Assembly: GCA_038230075.1 (NCBI GenBank) | Contig: JBBRNV010000003.1 | Coordinates: 29,329-93,328, forward strand | From: Minisyncoccia bacterium | GTDB lineage: Bacteria; Patescibacteriota; Minisyncoccia; Phycocordibacterales; CALRBL01 | Reading direction: 5' to 3' | Length of the DNA: 64,000 nt | In this document: piece by piece, positions 41,089-51,098 of the stretch | How positions within the stretch are numbered: position 1 is the stretch's first letter | Layout of the letters: each line of letters opens with the position of its first letter | Translations under genes and position numbers: made by a program | Notes under the pieces: generated by a model | Told to the model about the DNA's origin: nothing | The model's input: only the letters and a program-made list of their open reading frames with translations | Databases searched by the model: none

Positions 41089-42393
41089 ATGCAAAAGCAT
41101 GGAACTAAAGGAATATTGCTTCTTGAGCTTATGCTTTCGTTTGCGTTAGGTACTTTTTTTATTGCAGAGTTATTCTCACTTATTCATGATGAAAGTGGGG
41201 TGGTTTATTCACTTCCAAAGTTAATTCAGAGCTCTTTTGATTTTGAAAAAAAGTATATAAGTCTCATTTCCAATGAAAGCTCTTCGACTGAAAATGTTTT
41301 ACCGATAGATGAATATTCAAAAACTTTCTTTGAAGACGATGAGCGTGGACTTTTAGTTAACATCGATCACGCACTTGGTAGTTCTTCGTGCAACCCATTC
41401 ATTTCCTATGTTTTTGGATCGACAACACACGCAAACATTTATCATTCAACGATTTCTTTTGCAGCAAGAAATATTCCAACGGCTCTTTATACAAGAAATG
41501 GATATGCGTACATAACTACCGATTCTTCAACATCATCTGACCCCGATTTTTACATAGTCAGCCTCAGCGCAACTTCGTCGGAAGTTATTTCAAGTTTACA
41601 AACTGGTCCGGGCCTTTTAAGTGTTGTGGTGGCGGGAAATTATGCATATGTTGGAAATTCCAGTGTTAACTCCCAACTACAAGTTATTGATATTTCGAAT
41701 CCCTATAGTCCAACTTTGGTGAGCTCATATAAACTTCCAGGAAATTACAATGATGCAACAACTGTTGGATTTCATTTATTTTTTGATTCGCACAAAATTT
41801 ATCTCGCTACAAAGAAAAGTCAGATTGAGGAATTACATGTGATTGATGTGAGTGATCCATACCACCCCATTAAGATCGCCGCAGCAGAAATTGGTGCTCA
41901 GATAAATAATATTGATGTTGTCGAAGGTCATATTTACATTGCAACACCACTGAATGAAGAACTTCAAGAATACACATTGCACGGTAATGTTCTTTTAAAG
42001 GTAAGAGGGTATGATGCGCCCAAAGGATCGGGAAATGGACAAGTCTCGCTTGTAAGAGGTTCTCGTGTTGTACTTGGTCGTTCGTTGGGTGATAAAGAGT
42101 TGTATTTTTTACAAAGTTCATCAAGTAACGCCTTTGATGTTTTATATGCAACTTCTGTTGCTGCGAGTATCGACCAATTATTTTTAAGAGGAGATTTGTT
42201 GGTGGCTGTTACTTCTGACTCTGGAAGTCATCTTCGTTTCTATCATGTTTCGAATGACTCTAAACTAGTTACGTTATCGCAAAGTTTTAGTTTGCCAACA
42301 ACCGCTCGATCAGTGGGTTTTGATTGTGATAATGAGTACTTTCTTACTCTAACATCAGAACCTACACCACTTTATATTATTTCAAGTATATGA
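41089..42393 (+). CDS. hypothetical large pilus-associated protein with a pseudopilin-like N-terminus
   Basis: N-terminus GILLLELMLSFALGTFF resembles a prepilin leader/helix; the rest is beta-rich. Confidence 0.4.
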   Translation: MQKHGTKGILLLELMLSFALGTFFIAELFSLIHDESGVVYSLPKLIQSSFDFEKKYISLISNESSSTENVLPIDEYSKTFFEDDERGLLVNIDHALGSSSCNPFISYVFGSTTHANIYHSTISFAARNIPTALYTRNGYAYITTDSSTSSDPDFYIVSLSATSSEVISSLQTGPGLLSVVVAGNYAYVGNSSVNSQLQVIDISNPYSPTLVSSYKLPGNYNDATTVGFHLFFDSHKIYLATKKSQIEELHVIDVSDPYHPIKIAAAEIGAQINNIDVVEGHIYIATPLNEELQEYTLHGNVLLKVRGYDAPKGSGNGQVSLVRGSRVVLGRSLGDKELYFLQSSSSNAFDVLYATSVAASIDQLFLRGDLLVAVTSDSGSHLRFYHVSNDSKLVTLSQSFSLPTTARSVGFDCDNEYFLTLTSEPTPLYIISSI

Positions 42394-42863
42394 AGTCTAT
42401 TTTATCGCCAAGTGAGAAAGGATTCAGTTTACTAGAAGTGCTTGTGTACATTGGAGTTTCAAGTATTTTCCTCTCGTCTATTGTTGGTTCTTTATTTTTT
42501 GTTCAATTTGAATCACAAAAGAATCAGTTGTTATTAACAAATGAAGTTGAAATTTCATCATTTCTTTTGTCATTTGAGAATGTGTTACAAGATTATGCCT
42601 TGAAAGATTTATTGGTTTCGGAACATGAAGTACGTTTCTATGATCAAAATCAGCATATTAACAGAGGATTTGGAATAGAGAACGGATCGTTAGTTGATAA
42701 TACATTTAATTCAAGTAGTTCACGAACTATTGTTGATTCACTTCAAGACATTCGTTTTGAATTACTTCTAGCAACCTCTACTTCACACATACAACATCTC
42801 TTGAAAATCACTCTAAGTTCTAAGGTTTCAGATTATGAAAGGATATATGAAATTAAAGAATAA
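42390..42863 (+). CDS. type IV pilin-like protein (minor pilin)
   Basis: Prepilin motif KGFSLLEVLVYIG. Confidence 0.65.
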   Translation: MKSILSPSEKGFSLLEVLVYIGVSSIFLSSIVGSLFFVQFESQKNQLLLTNEVEISSFLLSFENVLQDYALKDLLVSEHEVRFYDQNQHINRGFGIENGSLVDNTFNSSSSRTIVDSLQDIRFELLLATSTSHIQHLLKITLSSKVSDYERIYEIKE

Positions 42864-43263
42864 AACTGGCTCGACATCAAAACAAGGATTTTTAACCATT
42901 ACAGCTATTCTACTTTTAAGTACGATTGCATTCTTTTATGTATTTCTAGCTTTTTCCCAAACTTTCACACTGCAACGAATATTGACAAGAAGTTACTTGG
43001 CATCGATAGCTAGTATTTATTCTAAAGGATGTTTACATTTCGTCGCTCAACGATTAATCGATGATCATTCTTTCTCTGTATTGTTTTCGATTCCTTACAC
43101 AAAAGGCTTTTGTCAGGTATCAGAAATTTATAAAAATCATGACGGAACTTATAACATCTCAATTAAAACAGTCGTTAAACAACAATATGTCACTGTCGAA
43201 ATCGCAAAAAATATTCAATTGAAAGTTACGAATGAATCTTTTTCAATCTTATCTTCGCACTAG
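42835..43263 (+). CDS. pilin-like protein (degenerate prepilin N-terminus)
   Basis: QGFLTITAILLLSTIAFF N-terminal hydrophobic helix; position in the pilin block. Confidence 0.45.
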   Translation: MKGYMKLKNKTGSTSKQGFLTITAILLLSTIAFFYVFLAFSQTFTLQRILTRSYLASIASIYSKGCLHFVAQRLIDDHSFSVLFSIPYTKGFCQVSEIYKNHDGTYNISIKTVVKQQYVTVEIAKNIQLKVTNESFSILSSH

Positions 43264-43327
43264 ATTTTCTTCATCTTGCATTTAACTGTCATCGATACGA
43301 TGTGTTTATTATTAATAAATAACAATA

Positions 43328-43792
43328 ATGAATAATAAAAATAAACAGAAAGGATTTACGTTGATAGAGTTGTTGGTTGTTATCGGAATTATCGCAATTT
43401 TGGCTGCTGTGGTTTTAATCGCGATTAATCCAGGTCGTCAATTTAAAATTGCCCGAGACTCTCAAAGACAAGCCAATGTCGCAGCTATCTTAAATGCAAT
43501 TGGACAAAATATGACAGAGCATAAAGGTTTGTTCACTTGTGCAGTTCTTCCGATTTCAATTCCGTCAGATCCAATTGCTATAAAAAGAGACAGCGGCTTA
43601 GATATTGCATCTTGCCTTGTTCCATTCTTTCTTTCAGCAATGCCCTTTGATCCAAGTAAAGAAGGAGCTCATTTTATTGATGTTACCGACTACGATACCG
43701 GATATAAAATCTCACAAGACACAGCAGGTAGAATCACTATTTCAGCGCAAAGTGAAGTTACACCTGATACAGAAATATCAGTTACTCGATAA
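43328..43792 (+). CDS. type IV major pilin
   Basis: Canonical prepilin leader and helix KGFTLIELLVVIGIIAILAAVV. Confidence 0.85.
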   Translation: MNNKNKQKGFTLIELLVVIGIIAILAAVVLIAINPGRQFKIARDSQRQANVAAILNAIGQNMTEHKGLFTCAVLPISIPSDPIAIKRDSGLDIASCLVPFFLSAMPFDPSKEGAHFIDVTDYDTGYKISQDTAGRITISAQSEVTPDTEISVTR

Positions 43793-43900
43793 TTACTGAG
43801 ATAATTAGATGTATTTACCTTCTAAAATTGAGACAAATAACTCTCCATAACCCCACGTGGGTTTGTTGCACACAGCCATGAAATAGCTGATAATGAGGCC

Positions 43901-45376
43901 ATGGATAACCAAACTCCTCAAGCACGCACCATTGTTGCTGATGTTGCTCACCTCATAAAAAACAATCAAATTTCCACAGAAGAACTTGCAAAAATTGACC
44001 CATTACTTAGAAGTCAGGCAGAAGAATACGCAAAAGGAATTACAGACGTTGTTATTGATCTTGCAACACTTTCAAAAGAATATAAAAATAAGCAATCTTC
44101 AAAAGATCAAAATTCTTCCAAATCACTTCAAAATGACACAATCGAAATCATGCATCAAAGTTCAGATCCATATGATATAGAAGATGTTTCTCGGTCAATT
44201 GAAGACAATAAAGAAGCAAGGTCTGGAGAGTTGCCAACTGAAGATGTCCCAAAAGAAAAAATGGTAGATATAAACGGAGACTCTCTTGCTGGTCAAGACG
44301 AAACAGATCTAAATTCGAACACAACAGATGGAACAGATGAAGGAGTGGTTAAAGATACGAAATCACTCGCATATCGAGAAGAGCTTGAAAAGGCTATGCA
44401 GGGAGGTAATGATCAGGGGGTAAATTTGATAGACGAATCTATTGTAGTGCCTGTGAAAAAGGTTAAAAAAACAAAGATTGTCGTAGGTGATGCGTCAGAA
44501 ACATCTCAGTCTAAAAAAATTGATGAAAGTATGCCAGTAGAAGTTAATCCAAAGACCGAACTGCAACAAAAAATTGAGGAGCTTCATTCAAAACTTGATT
44601 CGTTTGATATCCGCATTAAAGATATTGATACAAAGAAACAAGAAGAACTCACTAGAAAACAAGAAATTTTAACGTCAGTAGATGAAATTGTGCAGAAGCA
44701 ACACACTATTCAAAATAAAGAATCAGAAATTGAGACTTCGATTGAAAAAGAAACAGAACGAAACAGAAAGAAAGAATATGAACAAGAGAGATGGAATTTA
44801 GAAGATCAAAGAAAATCTCTTGAAGACACAAGATGGAGTCTTGATAAAGAATTAGGCACTCTTTCGAAAGAAGAAAAAGAATTATCTGATGAAGAAAAAG
44901 ATTTAGTTCAAAAAAAGTCTCAAATTGAAAAAGATTTGGTAAAAGTTGAAAAACGCCTTAAAACAATTGAAAGCTTTGAACAAGTCGATGATTTAAAGAA
45001 AAAAGTGTTGTTTTTAAAAAAAGAGATAGATCGAAAAAATAGTGAAGTTCAAGGTGCGCAGAAGACATATGAGGTAAGCAAAAAGTCGTATGAGGAACAA
45101 GAAACTGAAGAAAAGAAAATACGAGCACAAATAAAAAGAATCGAAACAGAAGAAAGCTCACTCAAAACAGAAGAAGAGCGTCATATAAAAGAAGATCAGC
45201 GATGGGCTCTTGAACAACAACTCCGAGCTTTTGTTCAGAAGGTGTGGGGAACTGAGGATGAGATGAGTTCAAAAGAGAGTCTTTTTCAAGCATCTCTCGA
45301 AGAGCTCTCAAGGTTGTCAGAAGAATTGCAGAAACTTCAAAATGAAATTTCTAAACTTGAAGGTGATATTGTATAA
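43901..45376 (+). CDS. hypothetical long coiled-coil acidic protein
   Basis: Lys/Glu-rich heptad-like sequence across 490 aa, no TM helix. Confidence 0.5.
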   Translation: MDNQTPQARTIVADVAHLIKNNQISTEELAKIDPLLRSQAEEYAKGITDVVIDLATLSKEYKNKQSSKDQNSSKSLQNDTIEIMHQSSDPYDIEDVSRSIEDNKEARSGELPTEDVPKEKMVDINGDSLAGQDETDLNSNTTDGTDEGVVKDTKSLAYREELEKAMQGGNDQGVNLIDESIVVPVKKVKKTKIVVGDASETSQSKKIDESMPVEVNPKTELQQKIEELHSKLDSFDIRIKDIDTKKQEELTRKQEILTSVDEIVQKQHTIQNKESEIETSIEKETERNRKKEYEQERWNLEDQRKSLEDTRWSLDKELGTLSKEEKELSDEEKDLVQKKSQIEKDLVKVEKRLKTIESFEQVDDLKKKVLFLKKEIDRKNSEVQGAQKTYEVSKKSYEEQETEEKKIRAQIKRIETEESSLKTEEERHIKEDQRWALEQQLRAFVQKVWGTEDEMSSKESLFQASLEELSRLSEELQKLQNEISKLEGDIV

Positions 45377-45384
45377 TAGTCACT

Positions 45385-46023
45385 ATGAATAAATACATTT
45401 CTGAAGGGTTTGGAACATTCTTATTATCTTTCGTTGTTGGAACTGCTGTCTTATTTAAAACATCATTTCTGCCGGTTCCAATTATTGCCACTCTTGCGTT
45501 GTTTTTAATTGTTAGTTACTTCGGACATGTGTCAGGTGCTATGGTTAATCCCGCCCTCACTATTGCTGCGTGGACAATAAAAAAGATTTCTTGGCAAGAC
45601 GCACTTGTTTATATTTTGTCTCAATTTGTGGGAGCTTCTTTTTCAGTCTTTGTATTTCATGTATATATTCAAACGTACGGTAAGGCATTTCCTGTTGCGT
45701 CAATGGGCAGTCCAAGTATTGTTTTTATTGCTGAATGTGTTGGTTCTATCCTTTTTGGACTCGGAGTTGCTGCGGTTTTATTTGGCAGAGTAGAAAAAAA
45801 TCGTACAGCTTCTGTTGTCTCTCTTTCATTGTTGGTTGGAATTGCTTTCGCTTCAATGTTTGGTTCTGCAGGAATTCTTAACCCCGCAGTTGCATTTTCA
45901 ATTCTTGGTACATCATTTACATGGATCTATGCAGTTGCGCCAATAGTCGGAGCTATTATTGGAATGAATATATTTAAACTAATTTCAGAAGTGACAATTG
46001 ATCTTCCTGAAGCAAAGGTGTAA
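45385..46023 (+). CDS. MIP-family channel (aquaporin/glycerol facilitator), short form
   Basis: Two NPA motifs (SGAMVNPALT and GILNPAVAF) and six hydrophobic segments. Confidence 0.8.
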   Translation: MNKYISEGFGTFLLSFVVGTAVLFKTSFLPVPIIATLALFLIVSYFGHVSGAMVNPALTIAAWTIKKISWQDALVYILSQFVGASFSVFVFHVYIQTYGKAFPVASMGSPSIVFIAECVGSILFGLGVAAVLFGRVEKNRTASVVSLSLLVGIAFASMFGSAGILNPAVAFSILGTSFTWIYAVAPIVGAIIGMNIFKLISEVTIDLPEAKV

Positions 46024-46053
46024 AGCAGTACTTCTCAGTAAGTTTAAAGCTAT

Positions 46054-47397
46054 ATGTATATTCGTCGAAAAAAGAATACGCTTAGTATAGTGTACAGTCT
46101 TATTTTGGCGACCATTCTTTCAGTTGGAATTATCGGATCGATCTTCGTATATAAAATAGTTGATAATATCAACAAGCAGCATTTAATTGACCGTGCAAAT
46201 ACCGTTGCACAAGCTCTGTATAAGCCTGATCTTGAGAAATTAAAAGGATCTGAGTCAGATCTAGCATCACCCTCGTATGAGGCGATTAAAAACACTCTCA
46301 CCAATATTAGAGCTGTAAACAGCGATGTGCGATTTGCATACTTGGTTGGAATCACTGATAAAGACGTTTTCTTTTATGCGGATTCAGAGGATCCAACATC
46401 ACCCGATTATTCACCACCTGGGGAAACGTATCCTGAAGCGAGTGATTTACTAAAATCTGTTTTTTTAAAAAACCAAGTAAATATTGAAGGCCCACTCAGT
46501 GATCATTGGGGAACATGGATTTCAGCATTTGCACCGATTTCACTTAGTAACGACGGGGGAATCACTTCAAAAATGGTTATTGGTCTTGATATTGTTGCAC
46601 ACGATCATATTGTTGATGGTATTGCATATGCTGCAATTCCATTAATCTCGTCACTTCTTGTTCTTATTATTCTTTCGAGTGCATATAAGACACGAAAAAG
46701 AGAACAAGAGTATATTGCACAAAAAGAAGAATTCTTAGCAATAGCCGCACATGAAATTCGTGCGCCACTTACTGGTATTCGTTGGGCCTCAGAACACCTT
46801 CTGGCAAATTCAAAAGATTTTCCGAGTGAAGATCGAAATGTTATCTCAATGATTTATACAAGCTGTGTTAATTTGATTTCTCGAATTAATAATCTGTTGT
46901 CTCTTACACAAATTGAAAGTCAGTCAGCAAAAACAATGACATTAGAGAAAGTTGAAATTCGTCCGTTTATTCAAGAAATAATAGATAATCTTACCCTGTC
47001 GGCTAAAGAAAAAAATATCACATTGACAATAGATAGCTCTATTTCAAACACACTTAGTCTAATAGTTGATAGGGAAAAAATGAGACAGGTATTTCTCAAT
47101 CTTATTTCAAATGGGGTTAAGTATACAAAAGATAATACTGAGGTAAAGGTTGAGTACGATCTTTCTGATCATGCACATGTCTTTGAGATAATTAACCATA
47201 GTGAAAAGATATCTGAGTATGACCTACAACACATCTTCGATGGATATTATCGGGCCAAAGAAGCTATTAAAAAGTCACCATATGGAACGGGAATTGGCCT
47301 CTTTCTTTCAAAACAGCTTATAGCACTTCACAAAGGAACACTTAGTGTGTGGAGTAATGAAAACAGCACAACGTTCATCGTTGAATTACCTCGATAG
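46054..47397 (+). CDS. sensor histidine kinase with an extracytoplasmic sensing domain
   Basis: Two TM helices flank a periplasmic domain; H-box IAAHEIRAPLTGI; HATPase motifs (ISNGVKYT, GTGIGL). Confidence 0.8.
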   Translation: MYIRRKKNTLSIVYSLILATILSVGIIGSIFVYKIVDNINKQHLIDRANTVAQALYKPDLEKLKGSESDLASPSYEAIKNTLTNIRAVNSDVRFAYLVGITDKDVFFYADSEDPTSPDYSPPGETYPEASDLLKSVFLKNQVNIEGPLSDHWGTWISAFAPISLSNDGGITSKMVIGLDIVAHDHIVDGIAYAAIPLISSLLVLIILSSAYKTRKREQEYIAQKEEFLAIAAHEIRAPLTGIRWASEHLLANSKDFPSEDRNVISMIYTSCVNLISRINNLLSLTQIESQSAKTMTLEKVEIRPFIQEIIDNLTLSAKEKNITLTIDSSISNTLSLIVDREKMRQVFLNLISNGVKYTKDNTEVKVEYDLSDHAHVFEIINHSEKISEYDLQHIFDGYYRAKEAIKKSPYGTGIGLFLSKQLIALHKGTLSVWSNENSTTFIVELPR

Positions 47398-47416
47398 CCA
47401 GCAACAATGGTAAGAC

Positions 47417-47794
47417 TTATAGAAGTTTACTTTTCACCACCTCAACAATATTTGAAAGTTGTTGTTCTGATTTAACTAGATATGCTGCAACGTTGTGACT
47501 CATGGCGCCTGCAAGGTATTCCATTTGTTGAGCGTTCGTTAAAACAATAACAGGAGTTTTGTTTTCTGGATCTTTTTTTCTAAACTCTTCGAGAACTTGA
47601 AGACCATCCATTTTAGGCATTACCATATCTAAAATAATTGCATCTGGTTTCTCACTAAATATCTTATCAAGACCTTCTTCTCCGTCATGAGCCACAACCG
47701 CATTGAACCCTTCTTTGGTAAATTGACTCAAAAGAACTTGTTGGAGCATTTTGTCGTCTTCAATAATGAGTACTTTTTTTAGATGTGTTGTCAT
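47417..47794 (-). CDS. stand-alone response-regulator receiver (CheY-like)
   Basis: KVLIIEDD; phospho-acceptor IILDMVMPKMDG; conserved T and K (VIVLTNA, AYLVK); no output domain. Confidence 0.8.
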   Translation of the reverse strand: MTTHLKKVLIIEDDKMLQQVLLSQFTKEGFNAVVAHDGEEGLDKIFSEKPDAIILDMVMPKMDGLQVLEEFRKKDPENKTPVIVLTNAQQMEYLAGAMSHNVAAYLVKSEQQLSNIVEVVKSKLL

Positions 47795-47837
47795 AGTAAT
47801 AGTATAAAGGGGATTCTTATTTTTGGACAGGTAATAA

Positions 47838-49136
47838 TTATAGGAAAGCAATAATAGAGGCAACACCTGAGATAAGCATGAGAATGGTGACAATCCACCC
47901 GACAAAACTTGTAAAGGGCTTATTCTTTCGTTTTCCCATAATACTTTCTTTACTACTCATGCTTACAATAAGCACAAGAATGACAGGGGCAATAACTCCA
48001 TTTGCAACAGCAGAGTAAATAAGGGCTTTTATAGGGTCGAGTCCAATAAAATTAAGAAGAAGACCAATAATGACAGAAACAATAATAACGCCATAAAATG
48101 CGTAGGCATCTTTTAGTTTTCGGTAAAGTCCTTGTTTCCAATCAAAACTTTCTGCGATGGCGTATGAGGTTGATCCTGCAAGAATTGGTACGGTTAAAAG
48201 CCCAGTTCCGATAATGCCAAGAGCAAAAAGTAAAAAGGCCCAATCTCCCGCGAGTGGTTTAAGAGCGGTTGCAGCATCAGCTGCGGTTGTAATGTTAGTT
48301 ATGCCATGTGTGTACAACGTTGCCCCACATACCATGATAATAAAAAACATCACAATATTTGAGACAAACATACCAGACCACACATCGACTCTCATTGATG
48401 TAACATCTGCATCGGTTGTTATACAAAGCTCTTCTGGTGTGGTTTTTCCTTCGAGAATTTCTTCTTCAATTTCTTGTGATGTTTGCCAGAAAAAAAGATA
48501 AGGCGAGATGGTAGTACCCAAAACTGCACAAAGCAAAATGATGTGCTCTTTTGAAAATGAAATTGAAGGAATAACAGCATGACGAAATACTTCTTGTATA
48601 TCAACATGAATTAAAAATCCTGTAACTACATACGATACCAAAATTAGCGCCAAATATTTTAAATATTTGGCATATGTTTTATATGATGTAAATATTTGAA
48701 GCAATAAACTAATGAGTGCAAATAGAATAACTGAAACGGTAAATGGAATAGGAGTAATGAGCTCGGTTGCTTTTGCCATCGCACCTAAGTCTGCACCTAA
48801 ATTAAATGTGTTTGCGATAAATAAAAGTGACGTGCAAATATACAACACCCATTTCGGATAATGTTGTCGAATATTTCCCGCTAATCCTTTTCCGGTTACC
48901 AATGCCATTCGGGCACACATCTCTTGAATAGTTGCCATAAGAGGAAGGGTAAATATGGCGAGCCATAAGAACTGAAATTTATATTGAGCGCCAACCTGTG
49001 AATAGGTTGCGATACCTGATGGATCGTCATCAGCTGCTCCTGTGGTTAACCCTGGCCCAAGTTGTTTCCAATACTTATTAGCGCCATCAATTGTCTGCCG
49101 AATCATTGTTGGTTTTTGAAATTCTTCTGGGTTCAC
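47838..49136 (-). CDS. mntH: NRAMP-family divalent metal transporter (MntH-like)
   Basis: NRAMP signatures GPGLTTGAADDDPSGIATYS and MATIQEMCARMALVTG. Confidence 0.8.
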   Translation of the reverse strand: MNPEEFQKPTMIRQTIDGANKYWKQLGPGLTTGAADDDPSGIATYSQVGAQYKFQFLWLAIFTLPLMATIQEMCARMALVTGKGLAGNIRQHYPKWVLYICTSLLFIANTFNLGADLGAMAKATELITPIPFTVSVILFALISLLLQIFTSYKTYAKYLKYLALILVSYVVTGFLIHVDIQEVFRHAVIPSISFSKEHIILLCAVLGTTISPYLFFWQTSQEIEEEILEGKTTPEELCITTDADVTSMRVDVWSGMFVSNIVMFFIIMVCGATLYTHGITNITTAADAATALKPLAGDWAFLLFALGIIGTGLLTVPILAGSTSYAIAESFDWKQGLYRKLKDAYAFYGVIIVSVIIGLLLNFIGLDPIKALIYSAVANGVIAPVILVLIVSMSSKESIMGKRKNKPFTSFVGWIVTILMLISGVASIIAFL

Positions 49137-49159
49137 AATAAATATAGTATACCTTTAAT

Positions 49160-51094
49160 TTATTTTGTTTTGAATTCATAGACCCCGTTCCAATTTTCTG
49201 GAGGTTGTTCAATCAAATGTGTGCATCGTTCAATATATACAGCACTTGGTCCGTCATGGTGAAATGATAATGCTTGATTGAAAGAATTGATAGCATTTTT
49301 AAAATCTCCTTGAACATACAACACTCTTCCTTGTTCAAACTTTTGTAAGATTTCTGTAATGTGAGGAGTCTCTGGACGAGTAAGAAGTTCATATATTACT
49401 TTTGGCTCTTTTTTCCCTTTTACAATTACTCGGTCAAGTTCTCTGAATAGAATTTGAGGATGATTTTGTTGTGTCGAAGGTGAAAGTTTTTTAAGACTCG
49501 CTTCGCATTGTTTTTTTGTTTCTTCAGTAATAATGCATTCAACTCCATATGCCTTAGTTAAACCTTCGAGTCGTGATCCTAAGTTAACCTCGTCACCCAT
49601 AATGGTGTAATTGAATCGCCGTTTGCTTCCCATATTTCCAACAACAACATCTCCTGTGTTGAGTCCAATTCCAATCGCAATAGTTGGCGAATTTCTTTCA
49701 ACGAGTGATTCATTTAATTTTTTCAACTCTGCAGACATGGTAAGTGAAGCGACACACGCATCGTATGCTTGATCGTTATTTTGAAGTGGTGCTCCCCAGA
49801 ACGCCATAATTGCGTCACCAATATATTTATCAACCAATCCTCGTTTGTTCATGATGGTGTCGGTCATTAATGTGAGGTATTCATTTAACAGATTAGTCAG
49901 TTCTTCTGGAGACAATTTTTCAGAAAGTGTGGTGAAGCCTCGAATGTCTGAGAATAAAACAGTAACTTTCTTTCGTTCACCCCCCAATTTTAATTTATCT
50001 GGATTTTCGAGAAGTTCGTTGATAACATCGGGCATTAAATAATACTGAAATGTTTTATGAATCATTCGCTTTTCTTTTCCTTCAGAAATATATGAATACA
50101 GAAAGCTTAAGATTCCTGAAACAATAAAAGCAAGAAGTGCATACAATGTTCCGAAAATATAATGAAAATGAAATACACTAAATGTTCCAAGAATGATAAG
50201 AGCAAAGATACTTGAAAGACTAATAATTACGAGAGAAAGTCTCTTTGAAAGAACAATAGAAAGAGAAGTGAGGAGTGAGATAAGGAAAAGAATTAAAAGG
50301 AAAAGTGCGTTTGGAATAGGTGTGAGAAAATTTTTCTCAAGAAGTGTGTTGATGGCATTTGCATGAACTTCAACACCAGCCATGCTTCCGAATGGAGTCT
50401 GTAGTTGATCATGTAAATCATTCGCCGTCACTCCAATAAGCACAATGGCATTATCAAATATTCTAGCAGGAATTTTATGTTCGAAAACGTCAGCAAAAGA
50501 AAGTATTAAAAAACTTTTTGAGGGACCGACGAACGTAATTCTGTTTTGAGTTGATGTTTCTGTTTGTCCTGAGACAACACTTGAAAAGCTGCGCTCACTA
50601 TCATTACTCGTATTGTTAATTCGTCGAACGATTCCGTCAGAATCTACAGGGATATTTACAAAGCCTTTTTTTACCGACTGATCAAAAAGAGGGAGTGGGC
50701 GTACTCCAACTGTACTGTCATCTCTTAATTGAAGAGGGAAAGTGACAGGGACTTTTGAAGCATTGATAGCTTCTTTAAAAACCAGGTCATCATTATTGTC
50801 TTTGAACGAAGGACTTGAGAAGTCGATATCAAAACCGATAGCTTTAGCAAGTTGAAGATCGGGAATAACCGACGCAAATGTTTTTCGTTCCCAAGGCCAA
50901 CGTCCCATACTCTGAAGACTTTCATCGTCAATTCCAAGAATGATAATAGAAGATGTAACTTTTTGCTTCAGAAATAAATGATCAGTGATTTTTTCTTGCC
51001 ATGTTCCAAAAACATTGTATGTGTAGGCGAAAGCAGAAAGAATAAAAGCAACAAGTACAAATAAACTCGTAATAATTATTTTTTTATTTGGCAT
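49160..51094 (-). CDS. CHASE2-sensor class III adenylate/guanylate cyclase with a C-terminal TPR-like tail
   Basis: N-terminal TM helix plus CHASE2-like periplasmic domain, a four-helix TM block, and a cyclase core (VTVLFSDIRGFT ... GDAIMAFWGAP ... IGLNTGDVVVGNMG). Confidence 0.8.
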   Translation of the reverse strand: MPNKKIIITSLFVLVAFILSAFAYTYNVFGTWQEKITDHLFLKQKVTSSIIILGIDDESLQSMGRWPWERKTFASVIPDLQLAKAIGFDIDFSSPSFKDNNDDLVFKEAINASKVPVTFPLQLRDDSTVGVRPLPLFDQSVKKGFVNIPVDSDGIVRRINNTSNDSERSFSSVVSGQTETSTQNRITFVGPSKSFLILSFADVFEHKIPARIFDNAIVLIGVTANDLHDQLQTPFGSMAGVEVHANAINTLLEKNFLTPIPNALFLLILFLISLLTSLSIVLSKRLSLVIISLSSIFALIILGTFSVFHFHYIFGTLYALLAFIVSGILSFLYSYISEGKEKRMIHKTFQYYLMPDVINELLENPDKLKLGGERKKVTVLFSDIRGFTTLSEKLSPEELTNLLNEYLTLMTDTIMNKRGLVDKYIGDAIMAFWGAPLQNNDQAYDACVASLTMSAELKKLNESLVERNSPTIAIGIGLNTGDVVVGNMGSKRRFNYTIMGDEVNLGSRLEGLTKAYGVECIITEETKKQCEASLKKLSPSTQQNHPQILFRELDRVIVKGKKEPKVIYELLTRPETPHITEILQKFEQGRVLYVQGDFKNAINSFNQALSFHHDGPSAVYIERCTHLIEQPPENWNGVYEFKTK

Positions 51095-51098
51095 GTGT

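Noticed and set aside
46050-46355. 101-aa minus-strand ORF overlapping the start of the histidine kinase gene
   Set aside because: It is antisense to a well-supported HK N-terminus, and its translation is low-complexity.
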